From: Octopus vulgaris
Taxonomy: Eukaryota
Assembly: GCA_951406725.2 (NCBI GenBank)
Contig: OX597828.1
Coordinates: 14,136,001 to 14,200,000, forward strand
Reading direction: 5' to 3'
DNA length: 64,000 nucleotides
The notes below the pieces were generated by a model. The model did not search any database. It was not told the DNA's origin and saw only the letters and a list, made by a program, of their open reading frames with translations. The position numbers and the translations under genes were made by a program. Each line of letters begins with the position of its first letter. Position 1 is the stretch's first letter. Positions 37,117-50,876 of the stretch are shown in pieces.

Positions 37117-38386
37117 ACAGAAACTAAATACTGCCAGTGGTATATTATCATGAAGTCACTAACATAATTCACTCTCTGACCCTTGATATGCTGTTCCTTG
37201 TTTCCGTCTTTCCATTAATTGGTATATTAAGTTGTGGAGGCACATGGCCTTGTGGTTAGAGTAGTGGACTCATGGTCGAGTGATCACAGGTTCGAATCTC
37301 AGACTGGGCGATGTGTGTGTTTATGAGCGAAACACCCAAGCTCCAAGCGGCTCTGGCTTAAGGTAATGGCGAACTTCTGCTGACTCTTTCGCCACAACTT
37401 TCTCTCACTCTTTCTTCCTGCATCTTGCAGCTCATCTGTTATGGACCGGCATCCTGTCCAGGTGGGGAACCTATACGCCAGGGAAACCCGGAAACCGGCC
37501 CTTATGAGCTGGGTGTGGTTTGAGAAGGAACATTAAGTTGGTTTTTGGAACATAGCTGAAAATTTTTTTACATAAAATTATAATGGCTGGTTATAATTTA
37601 GATAATGAATTCTTTAAGATAGGCAAATTTACCATATTAATTTGTTTATAAAATGAAATTATTTTCCTTTTCATGAAAAAAAAACACGGTCATGTGATTT
37701 TTCCCACATTGAACTTACAGCAGGCATTCTGTTATGATGCATTCATTAAGTTCAAAGGTCACTTCCAAATTTGCTTAGTTTCATTTAGAATGCATGAACT
37801 TTGTATTTTATACAGCAATTATAATAAATCTGACTAAGCCCTCTTTTTCCATACAGCCTTAAACCAAAGAAAAATCAGTGCATATTATACACATGAGATT
37901 TTTTCTGAGATTTCAGTGTCATATTTATAGGTATGCTTTATGTACAAATGGGTCTTACACACAAATGAATATGGTATGTGGAAGAATAGAAGGCAAAGTT
38001 AATCTATATTTAAATATAGTTTGCAATGCTATTCTCTTTTTATCTAAATCCCTTTACTGATTTTGGCATCTGCATATCACTGACTTTAGAATCTATATCC
38101 AAGCAATGTAATGAGGAAAAAATGTATTATTTTTATGTATTATTTTCTAATTAATTTTCTTCTCATCTAAATGCCAAATTCTTCCTTCCTTCCTTCCTCT
38201 TCTGACTTCATTTTTCTTTAGACTGCAGTAACCTTCCTGAATTAAAACCCTGTTTTAATACAAGACATATGTACTGCATAATTTTAATTCAACACATCTG
38301 TGTGCGTTGCAGTCAAACCAACGAATGCTTTAATGCAGCATACGGTTTCAGTTAGGTAGTTTTATTAACTGACATCATCTTACACA

Positions 38387-38480
38387 TTCCTCCTCCTCAT
38401 CCTCATCATCATCATCGTCATCGTCATCATCATCATCGTCATCACCATCATCATCATCATCGTCGTCGTCGTCGTCGTCG

Positions 38481-38513
<33 letters not shown>

Positions 38514-38630
38514 CCACCACCATCATTATCATCATCATCCTTTTCTTCTTCTAACACGATGACAACATTGATGCTGATAGTAATGATGATGCTGATGACG
38601 ATGATGATGATGATGATGACTATGATGATT
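38387..38630. repeat. (ATC/GTC)n then (GAT)n microsatellite
   Basis: Direct inspection. Confidence 0.9.
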
Positions 38631-41600
38631 TAAACATCTGTTGGTCCCAGCTGCTGCTATATGGTAGATGTCTCTGTTTAACTACTCTCTCTTTCTCTTT
38701 CTCTTTCTCTGTCTCCCTCCCTCCCTCACTCACTCACTCACTCAATCTCCTTCCCACACACACATACACACACATACACACACACAAACACAAACACAAG
38801 CACAACTTCCCAGTTTAGAATCTATCTTGCATCAAAGTGTCCCTTGACCAACGCCTGTCTCCCATCCCACCTACAATCAATTCAAAGCTTGGGTCATCCA
38901 ACTGGCAGGAAGCAGTAGTCAAATTTCCCTCAAATTCTTCTATATTCTCTTTAAAAACAAATGACCCCATTGGATAAGATAGTCCTAAAAAAATAAATCT
39001 GAATAAAAATCAAGATAATCCTGCTGGAACACTTTTGACCACCAGTCCCCTAGATAAGGATTGACCTAGGGGTGGGATAGCCCCTCAACCTGTCAAAACT
39101 TCTGTTCACTTAGCTCAGTTGTCTCCCTTGCATTGTATATTCCATCGCCTGAACAAATTCTTGATAATTTTTTTGTTCAGTTCCATCTAAGCTCTAAACT
39201 AAATAATCCTATACTCAAAGACATTCCAACCATGAGTATCCTATCTGCTTTTTGTTTGTTTTTTTTTTTCTAGGTTCATTTTTTTTCTTAGGTTTTAAAT
39301 GTGAGATTTTTAAAATGGGCAAAAAAGAAGAACCAGTCTTCGATGCTGCAACAGCGTGGAGGCGCAATGGCCCAATGGTTAGGGCAGCGGACTTGTGGTC
39401 GGAGGATCATGGTTTCAATTCCCAGACAGGGCGTTGTGCGTGTTTATTGAGTGAAAACACCTAAAGCTCCATGAGGCTCCGGCAGGGGTTGGTGGCGACC
39501 CCTGTTGTACTCTTTCACTCCAACTTTCTCTCACTCTTTCTTCCTGTTTCTTGTCCCCAACTTCCTATGCAACCGCTGAGCCTGGATGTGCATTCATCCA
39601 TCCGTCGATGCTCTCGGTGTCGGGGGTTGACCTGCTTTCTCTTCTGTGGGTCTTACGAATAGCAAAGGACCACGTTTCGGACTTCTCCCATCTTGCGAGC
39701 TCTTGGACGAAGACCGTTCGCTCAAAAGCAACAGCAACAGCAGCAGCAACAACAGCTGCAACAGCTTTATTAACCTTTGAAGCATTCAGCTTAACTTGTC
39801 AAATGTAATGCTTATTTATTCACATTGTTTTTTAATTAACCATGCTTTATCTTGTAGTTTCAAGATTTCAACGATGTAATTGTTTTTAGAAAGATATTAT
39901 CGGATAGAAGCAAGAATCCAGATCTGGCCAGTTTGGACATAAAACAGGAAGAATATTTGTGCCAGATATGGCCAGTTTAAATGCTAAAGAATTGAGGGAG
40001 GTTTTAGAGCCAGACTGGCAGAGTGGAAGTTTTTGCTGTTGTCAGATGCAACAACATTCAGGAAAAGCAATGTTGTTGCTTTTCTTGAAGTTCTGAAGGG
40101 CAAGGAACCATTGATTCTTATTTTATATGGTGTTCCTCACATCTCAAAAAAAACCCAGCTCCCAGTCGGGAGCTTGTATGACATACAAGCAAGCTTGTAT
40201 ACCTTGTTTGTATGACAGGGATGCTCATTTACAATCATCACATGATGTCAAAACAAGAATACAATTAAACACACTCACAAACATACACACACTCACAAAA
40301 ATACACAGACCCATACACACATGTCAAGTTTCTTTCAGTTTCCATCTACCAAATCCACTTACAAGGTTTTGGTCAGCCCAAGGCTACAGGAGAAAACATA
40401 TGCCCAAGGTAACTGCAACAATTTATTGCAGTAGCGTAAGGTGTGATAACCAATTATTTATTATAATAGCATAAAACATGATAAATAAAACATACAGTCT
40501 ATTCAGCAGATAAGACTACTCAGTTTTGTCTGTTCTATCATTAGAAATTTCTTGAAAAACATCATTTAATGCCTCAAGAACTTTCTTTGTACGTTTATAC
40601 CTGCTTAGCATCCAGTTATTCTACCTATACAGCTAGTCTAGCTAGCTACCTGTCAAACTTGATCTACTCAGGTGCTACATCAATTATCACTTTCCTCTCC
40701 TACCAACAAACGATTCTCTCGCCATTTCTTTTGGGTAACATGACACCTTTTGCTTCATGACAGGTTTTTTTTTTATCATTCGGCCTGCATCACAAGCAAT
40801 GGTTGATACCTTTGATTTCTAATGCCAATTTACTCTTTCTCTCTTCACTTGTACCTCTGTCTTTCTTTCGTGTGATTTAATTTCATACATCAAACAGATC
40901 TTACTCAACTCCTGCTGTCACATGTTTTCTTATGACCATGAAGCATCACGTCACATTATATGTATGACATTGTTGTTAACATCTTAAGAAACTCTCCTTC
41001 TATGTCTTTCCCTACCAATCATTCCAGCTATTATGCCTATACAGCTAGTCTAGCTTGCTTGCTGCCCATCAAACTTGATCTACCCAGATGCTACATCATT
41101 TGCCAGCTTCCTCATTCTTCCACTAACCAGCTACTGTCAGGAAACAGACTTATGCGCATTTCTCATTTCTCATTTCTCTGATAACCTTCAGCTTCATGTT
41201 GACCTTCATCTTTGAAAATCATCCTGACATTTATTGCTTCTGGTAATTTCAAAGATCGAGAGACTACAGATCCACTCCAAATGCTCAACACCATTTTGCA
41301 GCATTAAAATTACCAAGATGACAGAGACGGAAGAAAGCAACCAGGAATCGCTTTGCGTTTACCAAAGGTAGTTCAACCATCTAAAATGTTATGTCATCAT
41401 CATCATTGTTTAACAGCCATTTACTATGCTGGCATGGGTTGGACGGTTTGACAGGGCATGGCCAGGCTCCAGTTGTCTGTTTTGGCATTGAATCTCCATG
41501 AGAACTACATTAAGGGTACATGTGTCTGTGGCGTGCTCAGCCACTTGCATGTTCCTTTCACGAGCAGGCTGTTCCGTTGATTGGATCAACTGGGACCCTC

Positions 41601-42089
41601 ATTGTCATAACCGACAAAGTGCCGTAGTATATATACATATATATATATATATAATAATAATATTAGGGAGTAAATCCAAACTTACAGGGAAAAATTAGAT
41701 TTAGGATTAAATCTAATTTTATTGTATAAATATATATATTAAATTAGAGATAAAACCACTATTAGGCAAATCAAACAGTGAAAATCATAAACCAATACAT
41801 AGGAAAAAAATTAATTAATAAAAAATATAAAATATAAAATTCAAAATTTAAATTATTTAAATTTAAAGTTAAAATTTAAAAATTATTTAAATTAATAATT
41901 TTATGGCAGCAGTACTGGATATTAATAGTTATCACCAAGCTAATATGGCAGTCCATAAATATAGGCTGAAGGCTGTCATTGATTAACTCCAAGAGGCCAT
42001 TGCTTCTAGTTAGCTATGACACACAAACCTGTGTCCATTATAACCTTTGAACAGGGGAGGTCAGCCACTTCCTCTTGCTGGTCAGGCAT

Positions 42090-42130
42090 CTGCAGACATG
42101 TTTCAGGGTATTTGCCCTTTATCAATGCAG
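42090..42130 (-). ncRNA. Degenerate minimal hammerhead motif
   Basis: Minus strand: CUGCA UUGAUAA AGGG CAAAUA CCCU GAAA CAU GUC UGCAG; all helices pair, but the core differs from CUGAUGA at two positions. Confidence 0.55.
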
Positions 42131-43900
42131 AGTAGCCGAACCCAGCAGGTGTCACTACTGACCGTCTGTTTGAAGGAATATTTACCTAAATTCAGTGGAA
42201 TACATCCACTGGTTTTCAAAAAATAGAAATATTATTATTTCTAAGTCTCTTTAAAGGAGATTACGGCAGTGTAGCATACACACACACACACACACAATTT
42301 TAAATGGACCCCCAAAGGCCATATGGACCCTGATTAAGAACCATTGATCAGTGCCCTTCCTAATGCCACCCACTTTACAGAGTGTGCAGGGTGCTTTTTA
42401 TGCACCACTGGCACAGGTGCTTTTACATGGCACTGACACAAGTACATTTTATGTGACACCAACACAAGTGCATTTTTACCTGTGCCAGCACCACATAAAA
42501 TTCATTTGTGCTGGTGCCACATAAAAGCACCTGTGCTGGTAGAATTAATTAATGCCATCTTCTTTTTATAATACATGTAATTAATTACAATACATTTAAT
42601 TGAATTTTTAAACAGTTCTGTGCAAAAGATGGTTGTACTGTATATTGGATTGTCCATGTTGTAGTCATACAGGGTGGCTATATAAGCATATAAGCACACT
42701 ACACATATCCTCTGGCTTCAATGAACCATTTTTTTATAAGCATGCTGAATGGTAGCATAATTCTCCACCTTTCTTAGAGGCAGAGGGCAGCATAGCTGAT
42801 TTTGAGAGAGAGAGAGAGAGAGAGAGGAGAATCTCCCTCAATACATCACTGGTACTTTATTAATTGAGCATTGTTTATGTAAATCTAACTTTGTCCAAAC
42901 TGGATTCAAACTTGATACCTTTATTTCTAAATTTGTTTGATCAAGAAATCTTATTTTGTAAACTCACTTCAAATTCAGTCTGGTATTTTAAGGTAAAAGA
43001 CAGGTATATTCAGGTATAAGACAGAAACCTGATCATGATCAGAGGGAGATGATCAAACTGACTGAAATTTAGGGTAGAAGTATATATATATATATATATA
43101 TATCATCATCGTTTAATGTCCGTTTTCCATGCTAGCATGGGTTGGACGATTTCGACTGAGGGCTGGTGAGCCAGATGGCCGCACCAGGCTCCAATCTTGA
43201 TCTGGCAGAGTTTCTACAGCTGGATGCCCTTCCTAACACCACCCACTCCGAGAGTGTAGTGGGTGCTTTTTACATGCCATGACCAAAGGGAGACTGCAAG
43301 TTGATTACCTCAATCCCTATGGTTAATTGGTGCTTATTTTATCAACTCCAAAAAACATGAAGGACAAAGTGAACCTCAGTGGAATTTGAACTCAGAACAT
43401 ACAGATGCACAAAATGCCACTGAACATTTTGCCTGGCATGCTAATGATTCTGCCAGTTCACTGCCTTCAGGTGTGTGGTGTTCTATTTTATCTCTTTTAT
43501 TTGTTTCAGTCATTTGACTGCAGCCATGCACTGCCTTTAGTTGAGCAAATCGACCCCAGAACTTATTCTTTGGAAGCCTAGTACTTATTCTATTGGTCTC
43601 TTTTGCCGAACCACTAAGTTATGGGAATGTAAACACACGATGCTGGGGGGGACAAACACAGACACAAAAATATACACATAAATATATATATACATATATA
43701 TGACAGGCTTCTTTCAGTTTCCGTCTACCAAATCCACTCACAAGGCTTTGGTCGGCCCAAGGCTATAGTAGAAGACACTTGCTCAAGGTGCCATGCAGTG
43801 GGAATGAACTTGGAACCATGTAATTGGTAAGCAAGCTATTAATTTTTGTATCATGCATAATCTATGAACTAGAGTGTAGTGTGTGGCATACAAACAAGAG

Positions 43901-44109
43901 CAGGGGTCAGTGAACCAGGGTAAATTACCCCCAGCGGGATAACCATGATATTCTTGGGGTTAATGAGGACTTATTAAACATAAGTAAAATTATATAAAAA
44001 ATATATTTCCTGTTGTCTGTGATTTTCTTCCTTTTGAATCATGTGAGGTAACATTGGAATAAATAAATATATTTTGAGGTAATTGGTTAAAAAGTTCCCC
44101 CGGACCCTG
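43901..44109. mobile_element. hAT-type MITE
   Basis: Termini CAGGGGTCAGTGAAC / GTTCCCCCGGACCCTG; 8-bp TSD AACAAGAG / AACTAGAG (1 mismatch). Confidence 0.75.
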
Positions 44110-44171
44110 AACTAGAGCATCATAGTATGTAGCACATTAGCTGTAATATGATGTGAACTACGTTAACTATA

Positions 44172-44190
44172 GTGGTTTGTAGTAGTTGTG

Positions 44191-44245
<55 letters not shown>

Positions 44246-44340
44246 CGGTGGCTGTGGTGGTGATGGTGGTAGTAGTAGTAGTGGTGGTGGTGGTAGTGGA
44301 GGTGGTGGTGGTGGTGGTGGTGGTGGTAGTAGTAGTAGTG

Positions 44341-44372
<32 letters not shown>
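44172..44372. repeat. (AGT/GGT)n microsatellite
   Basis: Direct inspection; similar tracts at 1528-1656 and 8123-8345. Confidence 0.95.
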
Positions 44373-44772
44373 CAGTCCTGATCAAGTAGACCAATGATGG
44401 AAGGTTTTCCAGCCATGACCATCTAAATTTCTCTTTTTTTTTTTACGTATGTGCAGAAAACTCAGGACCACAACACTATCTAATGTGTCCTTTGACTTTT
44501 TTAAGGCAGGAAAGAGCATCATTATTTGAGAGGTTTGGCTGTTATTTCTAGCATGTTGGTTAACCACATAGATGCTCCATTGCTGCCGCGTAAAGGTGGC
44601 ACAATCTTTAAGAAGTTGGTGATTTTAGGCAAAACCCCTTCAGGAATGTTATGTATCATGGTATTTAGGGAAGAGATGGGTAATATACATCTGCTTCTGA
44701 TAAATTAGAGGATTAGTTTCAGGTTTTAGGTCATGGTTTATTTTAAGCAATGAGAAAATAAAGTATTTTGTA

Positions 44773-44815
44773 ATATATATACATATACATATATATATAT
44801 ATATATACATATATA

Positions 44816-44869
<54 letters not shown>

Positions 44870-44870
44870 C

Positions 44871-44905
<35 letters not shown>

Positions 44906-44956
44906 CATGTATATAAATATATATATATTCATATATAGATATTCATATATATATTC

Positions 44957-45013
<57 letters not shown>

Positions 45014-45019
45014 CATACA

Positions 45020-45093
<74 letters not shown>

Positions 45094-45160
45094 CACATAT
45101 ATTATATGTATAATATAATTTATTATACATATATAATATCATGTGTGTGTGTGTGTATGA
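44773..45160. repeat. (TA)n/(TACA)n compound microsatellite
   Basis: Direct inspection; similar tracts at 46690-46825, 48360-48945, 50650-50872, 51875-52120. Confidence 0.95.
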
Positions 45161-45397
45161 TAGTAAATAATAAATAAACGAGTACCTGCCCACAGGGATT
45201 CTAAAGTAGGTTTGTATGAGGTGCTGTTTCCATGGTAACTTAGAGACTAATTGCAAGAATTCTTGGAACTTTGCCAGTTTTGTACAAGAAATACATAAAT
45301 ACATGTTATTTGTCAAAGGCTGGAAGAAGTTTTTTTTCTCTTTTTTTTTTTTTCTGGATGTAAAAGAGGGAAGTGTTTGAGGAATTTATAGTATTTT

Positions 45398-46080
45398 GAC
45401 GGCGGTGGCGGCGGCGGTGGTGGTGGTGGTGGTGGTGGTGGTGGTGGTGGTGGTGGTGGTGATGGTGGTGGTTCTTGTTGTTGCAACAGTTGTATCGGTG
45501 GTAGCTGCGATGGTTGTGGCATTGGTAATAATGGCAGTGGTGTTGTTTGTGGTGATACTATTAATAGTGGTGGTGGTTGTGGTGGTGGTGGTGGAAGTGG
45601 TGGCGGTGGCGGCGGCGGCAGGTGGAGGTTGTGGTGGTGGTGGGGTGGGTGTTAGTAGTGGTGGTGGCGGCGGCGGCGGCGGTGGTGGTGGTGGTGGTTG
45701 TGGCGGTGGTGGTGGTGATGGAGGCTAAGGCAGTGGCTGTTGTTGTTGAAGGTGGTGGTGGAGGAGGCTAAGGCAGTGGCTGTTGTTGTTGGTGGTTGTG
45801 GTGGTGGTGGTGGAGGAGGAGGAGGAGGAGGAGGAGGAGAAGGTGCCGGTGGCAGTGGTGGTCATGGTCATCACTGTTGTCATCATCGTGTTGGTGGGGT
45901 TGTTGATGGTGGCAGTGGTAGTGATGGTGGTGGTGGTGGTGGTGGTGATGGCAGTGGTAGTGGTTGGTAGGGGTTGGGGGTGATGATCATAGTAGTGGCT
46001 GCTGCTCTTGGTGGAGATGGTCATGGTGATATTCGTAATTATAGTGGTGGTGGTGAGAAGTCTGGTTGTGGTGTAGGCTG
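45398..46080. repeat. G-rich (GGT/GGC/GGA)n low-complexity tract
   Basis: About 680 bp of trinucleotide repeats with retained CpG in GGCGGC runs. Confidence 0.95.
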
Positions 46081-46736
46081 TGGTAATGGCAGTTCTTTAT
46101 CTGTTTGAACTATTCCTCAAGACTCCCACGGCGTTGAAAGAGAAATATAGATTAAAGTTTGTACTTCCAGGTGAGATACAGGTGAGGTTGTTAACTGGGG
46201 CTGAGCGAAGAACACAGCTTACTTAGCTTTAAATCAGTGGTTCTCAACCAGGGCCCACATGGCTCTTGCGGGTCCACATAAGATTTTGTTGTTAAAATTT
46301 ATCTGTAATAAACAAAGGTTTTACTTCTGAAACTTACAAAGTATTTTAATTCTTTTTAATTAGCAATAGAATTTCAATTACAATTTAAGTATTTTAATTA
46401 GGAAGACAATCCCTAATAATGTTTTTCTTTTATTCTTTTATTTGCTTCAGTCATTTGACTGCAGCCATGCTGGAGCACTGCCTTAAAGGTTTTGTTTTAG
46501 TTGAACAAATCGACCCCAGGACTTATTCTTTGTAAGTGTAGTACTTATGCTATTAGTCTCTTTTGTCGAACGGCTAAGTTACAGGCACATAAACACATCC
46601 ATCAGGTTATCAAGTGATGGTGTGGGCATAAACACAGGCACACACACATAAATACATGCATGCATACATACATACATACATAAATAAATGTATATAATTC
46701 TATATATATATATATATATAAGTATGTATATGTAAT

Positions 46737-46826
<90 letters not shown>

Positions 46827-47182
46827 TGCTAGACTGGCTCCTGTGCAGGTGGCACATAAGAAGCACCATTTATTTGAGCATCGCTGTTGCCAGTACCATC
46901 TGCCCGGCCCTCATGCCAGTGGCACATAAAAGCACCCACTACACTCTTGGAGTGGTTGGTGTTAGGAAGGGCATCCAGCTGTAGAAACTCTGCCAGATCA
47001 GATTGAAGTCTGGTGCAACCATCTGATTCACCAGACCTCAGACAAATGCCCAACCTATGCTATAATGTATGTTAAACGATGATGATGATGATGATGTTAT
47101 ATATATATATATATATATATATTTTAAAAATATAAATATATGAAAGAATGGAGTTGAACGACGAATTAACAAAATTCCTTTA

Positions 47183-47265
47183 TTTTCGACATATGTTTCG
47201 AAGGCTACATATTCCTAATTGCGAAGGAATAAGGAGTACATTATGCCGCTTTCTCATCAGGAAAA
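47183..47265 (-). ncRNA. Minimal type I hammerhead ribozyme motif (Penelope-type), intact core
   Basis: Minus strand: UUUUC CUGAUGA [GAAAGCGGCAUA...UAUGUAGCCUUC] GAAA CAUAU GUC GAAAA; stem I UUUUC/GAAAA, palindromic ACAUAUGU helix III. Confidence 0.7.
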
Positions 47266-48407
47266 GCAAGGAACTTATGTCAACATCAAAATGCACAAAA
47301 AACATTTTGATGATTGCTCACACGGAGCCCATAGCGATAATGAGTGTCTCTTTAAAATATTCTTTTATAAGGAGTGACGTCAAAATGGTTGGATGTAGAA
47401 GATTCTAGAAAGTTCTAATGGTTCAAGGGTTCAAACGAAGTTGGAGGAGAGAGGCATAAGAATAGGAAGGTGAAAGGGTGCAGGTCATATCTATGACCTG
47501 CACCCTTTAACTTCATTTAACAAAACTAAAAATTTTATTGAAATAAAGGCATGCTTAATTATTTTTTAATGCAAAGAAAACACTGATTGCTTTTTATTCA
47601 GCAGATATAATTCAGCACCATCCATTAGACGGGGGGGGCGTTTTGCTCGTATATATATATATATATATATATAGGTGTTAGGAAGGGCATCCAGCCGTAG
47701 AAACATTGCCAAATCAGACTGGGCCTGGTGCAGCCTTCTGGCTTCCCAGACCCCAGTTGAACCGTCCAACCCATGCTAGCATGGAAAGTGGACGCTAAAC
47801 GATGATAATGATATATATATATATATATGTAGAGAGAGAGAGAGAGAGATTGGTAGATAGATGGATATATTGGTAGATATAGAAGTATATATATATATGT
47901 GTGTGTGTGTATATAAAACCATATACACACACAAATATACACATGCATACATAGTCATACACAAAGAAACCCCCCCACACACACACACATACACACACAC
48001 CACTCACATACCCACACGCACAAATCAAAAGGTCTATAATTTCCCTTAAGCCACAAAATATCTTTCCATCCTTTAACATCTGTACAGCTTGATAGTTATT
48101 CATTCTGGTAAACATCTCCACAGCTTGGCGCTGATCCAAAAAAAGAACTGCTTGTAACCAAGCATGGAAATCTATCTACTTTCACATGTCTGAGATTCCA
48201 TTACCATGAACAGTGATGTATATAGGTTTGCTATTTCATTTTCCAACGTTCCTTCGTGTCATACGAAATAGTTTAGAATGTAGTGACCAATAATATACGA
48301 AGAAGTTCGTTATTGAGTTCACTGAGTCACTGGTGTAGATAAATCAAACCCCTAGTGAATTATGCATATATATATATATATATATATATATGTAAATATA
48401 TATGTAA

Positions 48408-48524
<117 letters not shown>

Positions 48525-48611
48525 ATAAATATATATCTGTATATATATATATATGTGTGTATGTATATATATGTTCATATATATATATATAATTATGTAT
48601 ATGTACATGTG

Positions 48612-48646
<35 letters not shown>

Positions 48647-48768
48647 TGCACACAAACACACATACACATATATATAATCATATAAAATTTCTGTGTATAT
48701 GTATACACACACACACACACACACGAACACACATGTATATGTATATGTGTATATATGCCTGTGTGTGT

Positions 48769-48812
<44 letters not shown>

Positions 48813-49324
48813 CAAAAGATAGATAGATAGAAAGATAAATATATATGTATATGGCTTAAATTCTAGTTTACTACATATATACATTCTTGTGTGTGTGTTG
48901 TGTGTGTGTGTGTGTGTGTGTGCATATATATATATCTATGTATATATAAGTAAAAATTGAAGGACAGGTGTCAGTGGAATGTCCTTAATTGTAAAGTTCA
49001 TGCATTCATCTGAGGAAACCAGTTTCTTTAGGTGTTGTTAAAAATGGCTGTAATGAATTGACACCTATCCTTCAATTATTACTTATTTATACTTTATTCA
49101 CCTACCTTGGACTGTATATTTAATCAAATGTACATGTCTGAATAGCTCAAGAGTTGGTTACATACTCAGCTGGGTCAAATTGCCCACATGCACTTGAAAG
49201 AATATCATTCTGCTGGTACTTCTGTACCAAAGTTGTTGATATATACATAATATTGTTGTGTCTGTATATTATTCTGACCTAACAAGGTGCCTCAACTTAA
49301 GTACCTAATTTAATTGAATTTTAT

Positions 49325-49362
<38 letters not shown>

Positions 49363-49649
49363 TTAGTGTCCGTTTTCCATGCTAGCATGGGTTGGACGGT
49401 TCAACTGGGGTCTGGGAAGCCAGAAGGCTGCACCAGGCCCAGTCTGATCTGGCAGTGTTTCTACGGCTGGATGCCCTTCCTTATGCCAACCACTTGTGAG
49501 TGTAGTGGGTGCTTTTTACATGCCACCCGCACAGGTGCCAGACGGGGCTGGCAAACGGCCACGGACGGATGGTGCTTTTTACGTGCCACCGGCACGGGGG
49601 CAAGGTGAGGCTAGCAACGGCCACGATCGGATGGTGCTTTTTACGTGCC

Positions 49650-49690
<41 letters not shown>

Positions 49691-50794
49691 TATACATATG
49701 TTAATTATTGAGAACTAATGGAAATGGCTGTAAGAAGTAAAGATTACCAATTTGTTAACAATAAATAATTATCAACTTTCGACTCTCCATTTTCTTTTCT
49801 TCATTTAACTCTATATATGTATACATGTATATATATAATTTATATATGTGTGTGTGTGAGTGTGTGTGTGTGTGTGTGTGCATGTGTGTATGTATATATA
49901 GATAGATAGATAGATAGATTGTTAGATAGATAGATAGATAGATAGATTGATAGATGTAGGCGCGGTCATGGCTGTGTGGTTAGGGAGCTTGCTTCCTAGC
50001 TACATGGTTTCGGGTTCAGTCCCACTGCGTGGCACTTTGGGTAGGTGTCTTCCACTATAGCCCCGAGCCGACCGGAGCTTTGTGATTGAATTCGGTAGGT
50101 GGAAGTTACTGCCGTGTGTGTATGTGTGCGTATAGCTGCTCAGTGCCTCTCCGAAAGAGAGAGAGAGGGATATAGATATGTATATATATATATGGGTGGG
50201 TGTGTGTGTGTGTATATATATATATGTATATATAAATAATACCAAAAGATTTCCATTTTCATATTGTAATATGTATATTATATGTAAGAATATATATATA
50301 TATTCCAAGAAAGTTAGAGGTTGTGAATCCAACCAACTAAGGGATAATCTCTATCCAATATACTGCTGGTAGAATGCCCAATTATTAATACACAAGATAT
50401 TTTCCCAATTTCTATTTCTGTATGTTATATATTTTAATAATTACTGGTATCTTTATATATCTTATATGTAAACCATAATATGTTATACATGTATGTATAT
50501 TATTGTAATTGTCATTTTAGTAAATAAATAAACAAGTTGACATAATATAATGTCTAAAAGTTGATGAACCACCTATTGATCCCCTCCAATTTTCTTAATG
50601 TTATATATATACATATCTTGTAAAGTCAAGGCATGGAGACAGTAAAAGACTTATACACACACACACATACACATAGATGTACATAGACATGTGTATATAT
50701 ACATATACATATATATATATATATATATATAATTTATGTGTGTGTGTGTGTGTGTGTATATATGTATATATATATTTATATATATATATGTATA

Positions 50795-50876
<82 letters not shown>

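Noticed and set aside
45186-45319. Minus-strand exon-like open frame ([15 protein letters not shown]...IPVG) with AG/GT ends
   Set aside because: The sequence upstream of the acceptor is purine-rich, and there is no recognisable homology or partner exon
48012-48175. Minus-strand open frame IDFHAWLQAVLFLDQRQAVEMF...LLICAC ending at a GTATGT donor-like site
   Set aside because: No credible acceptor or protein similarity recognised; may be an old transposon fragment
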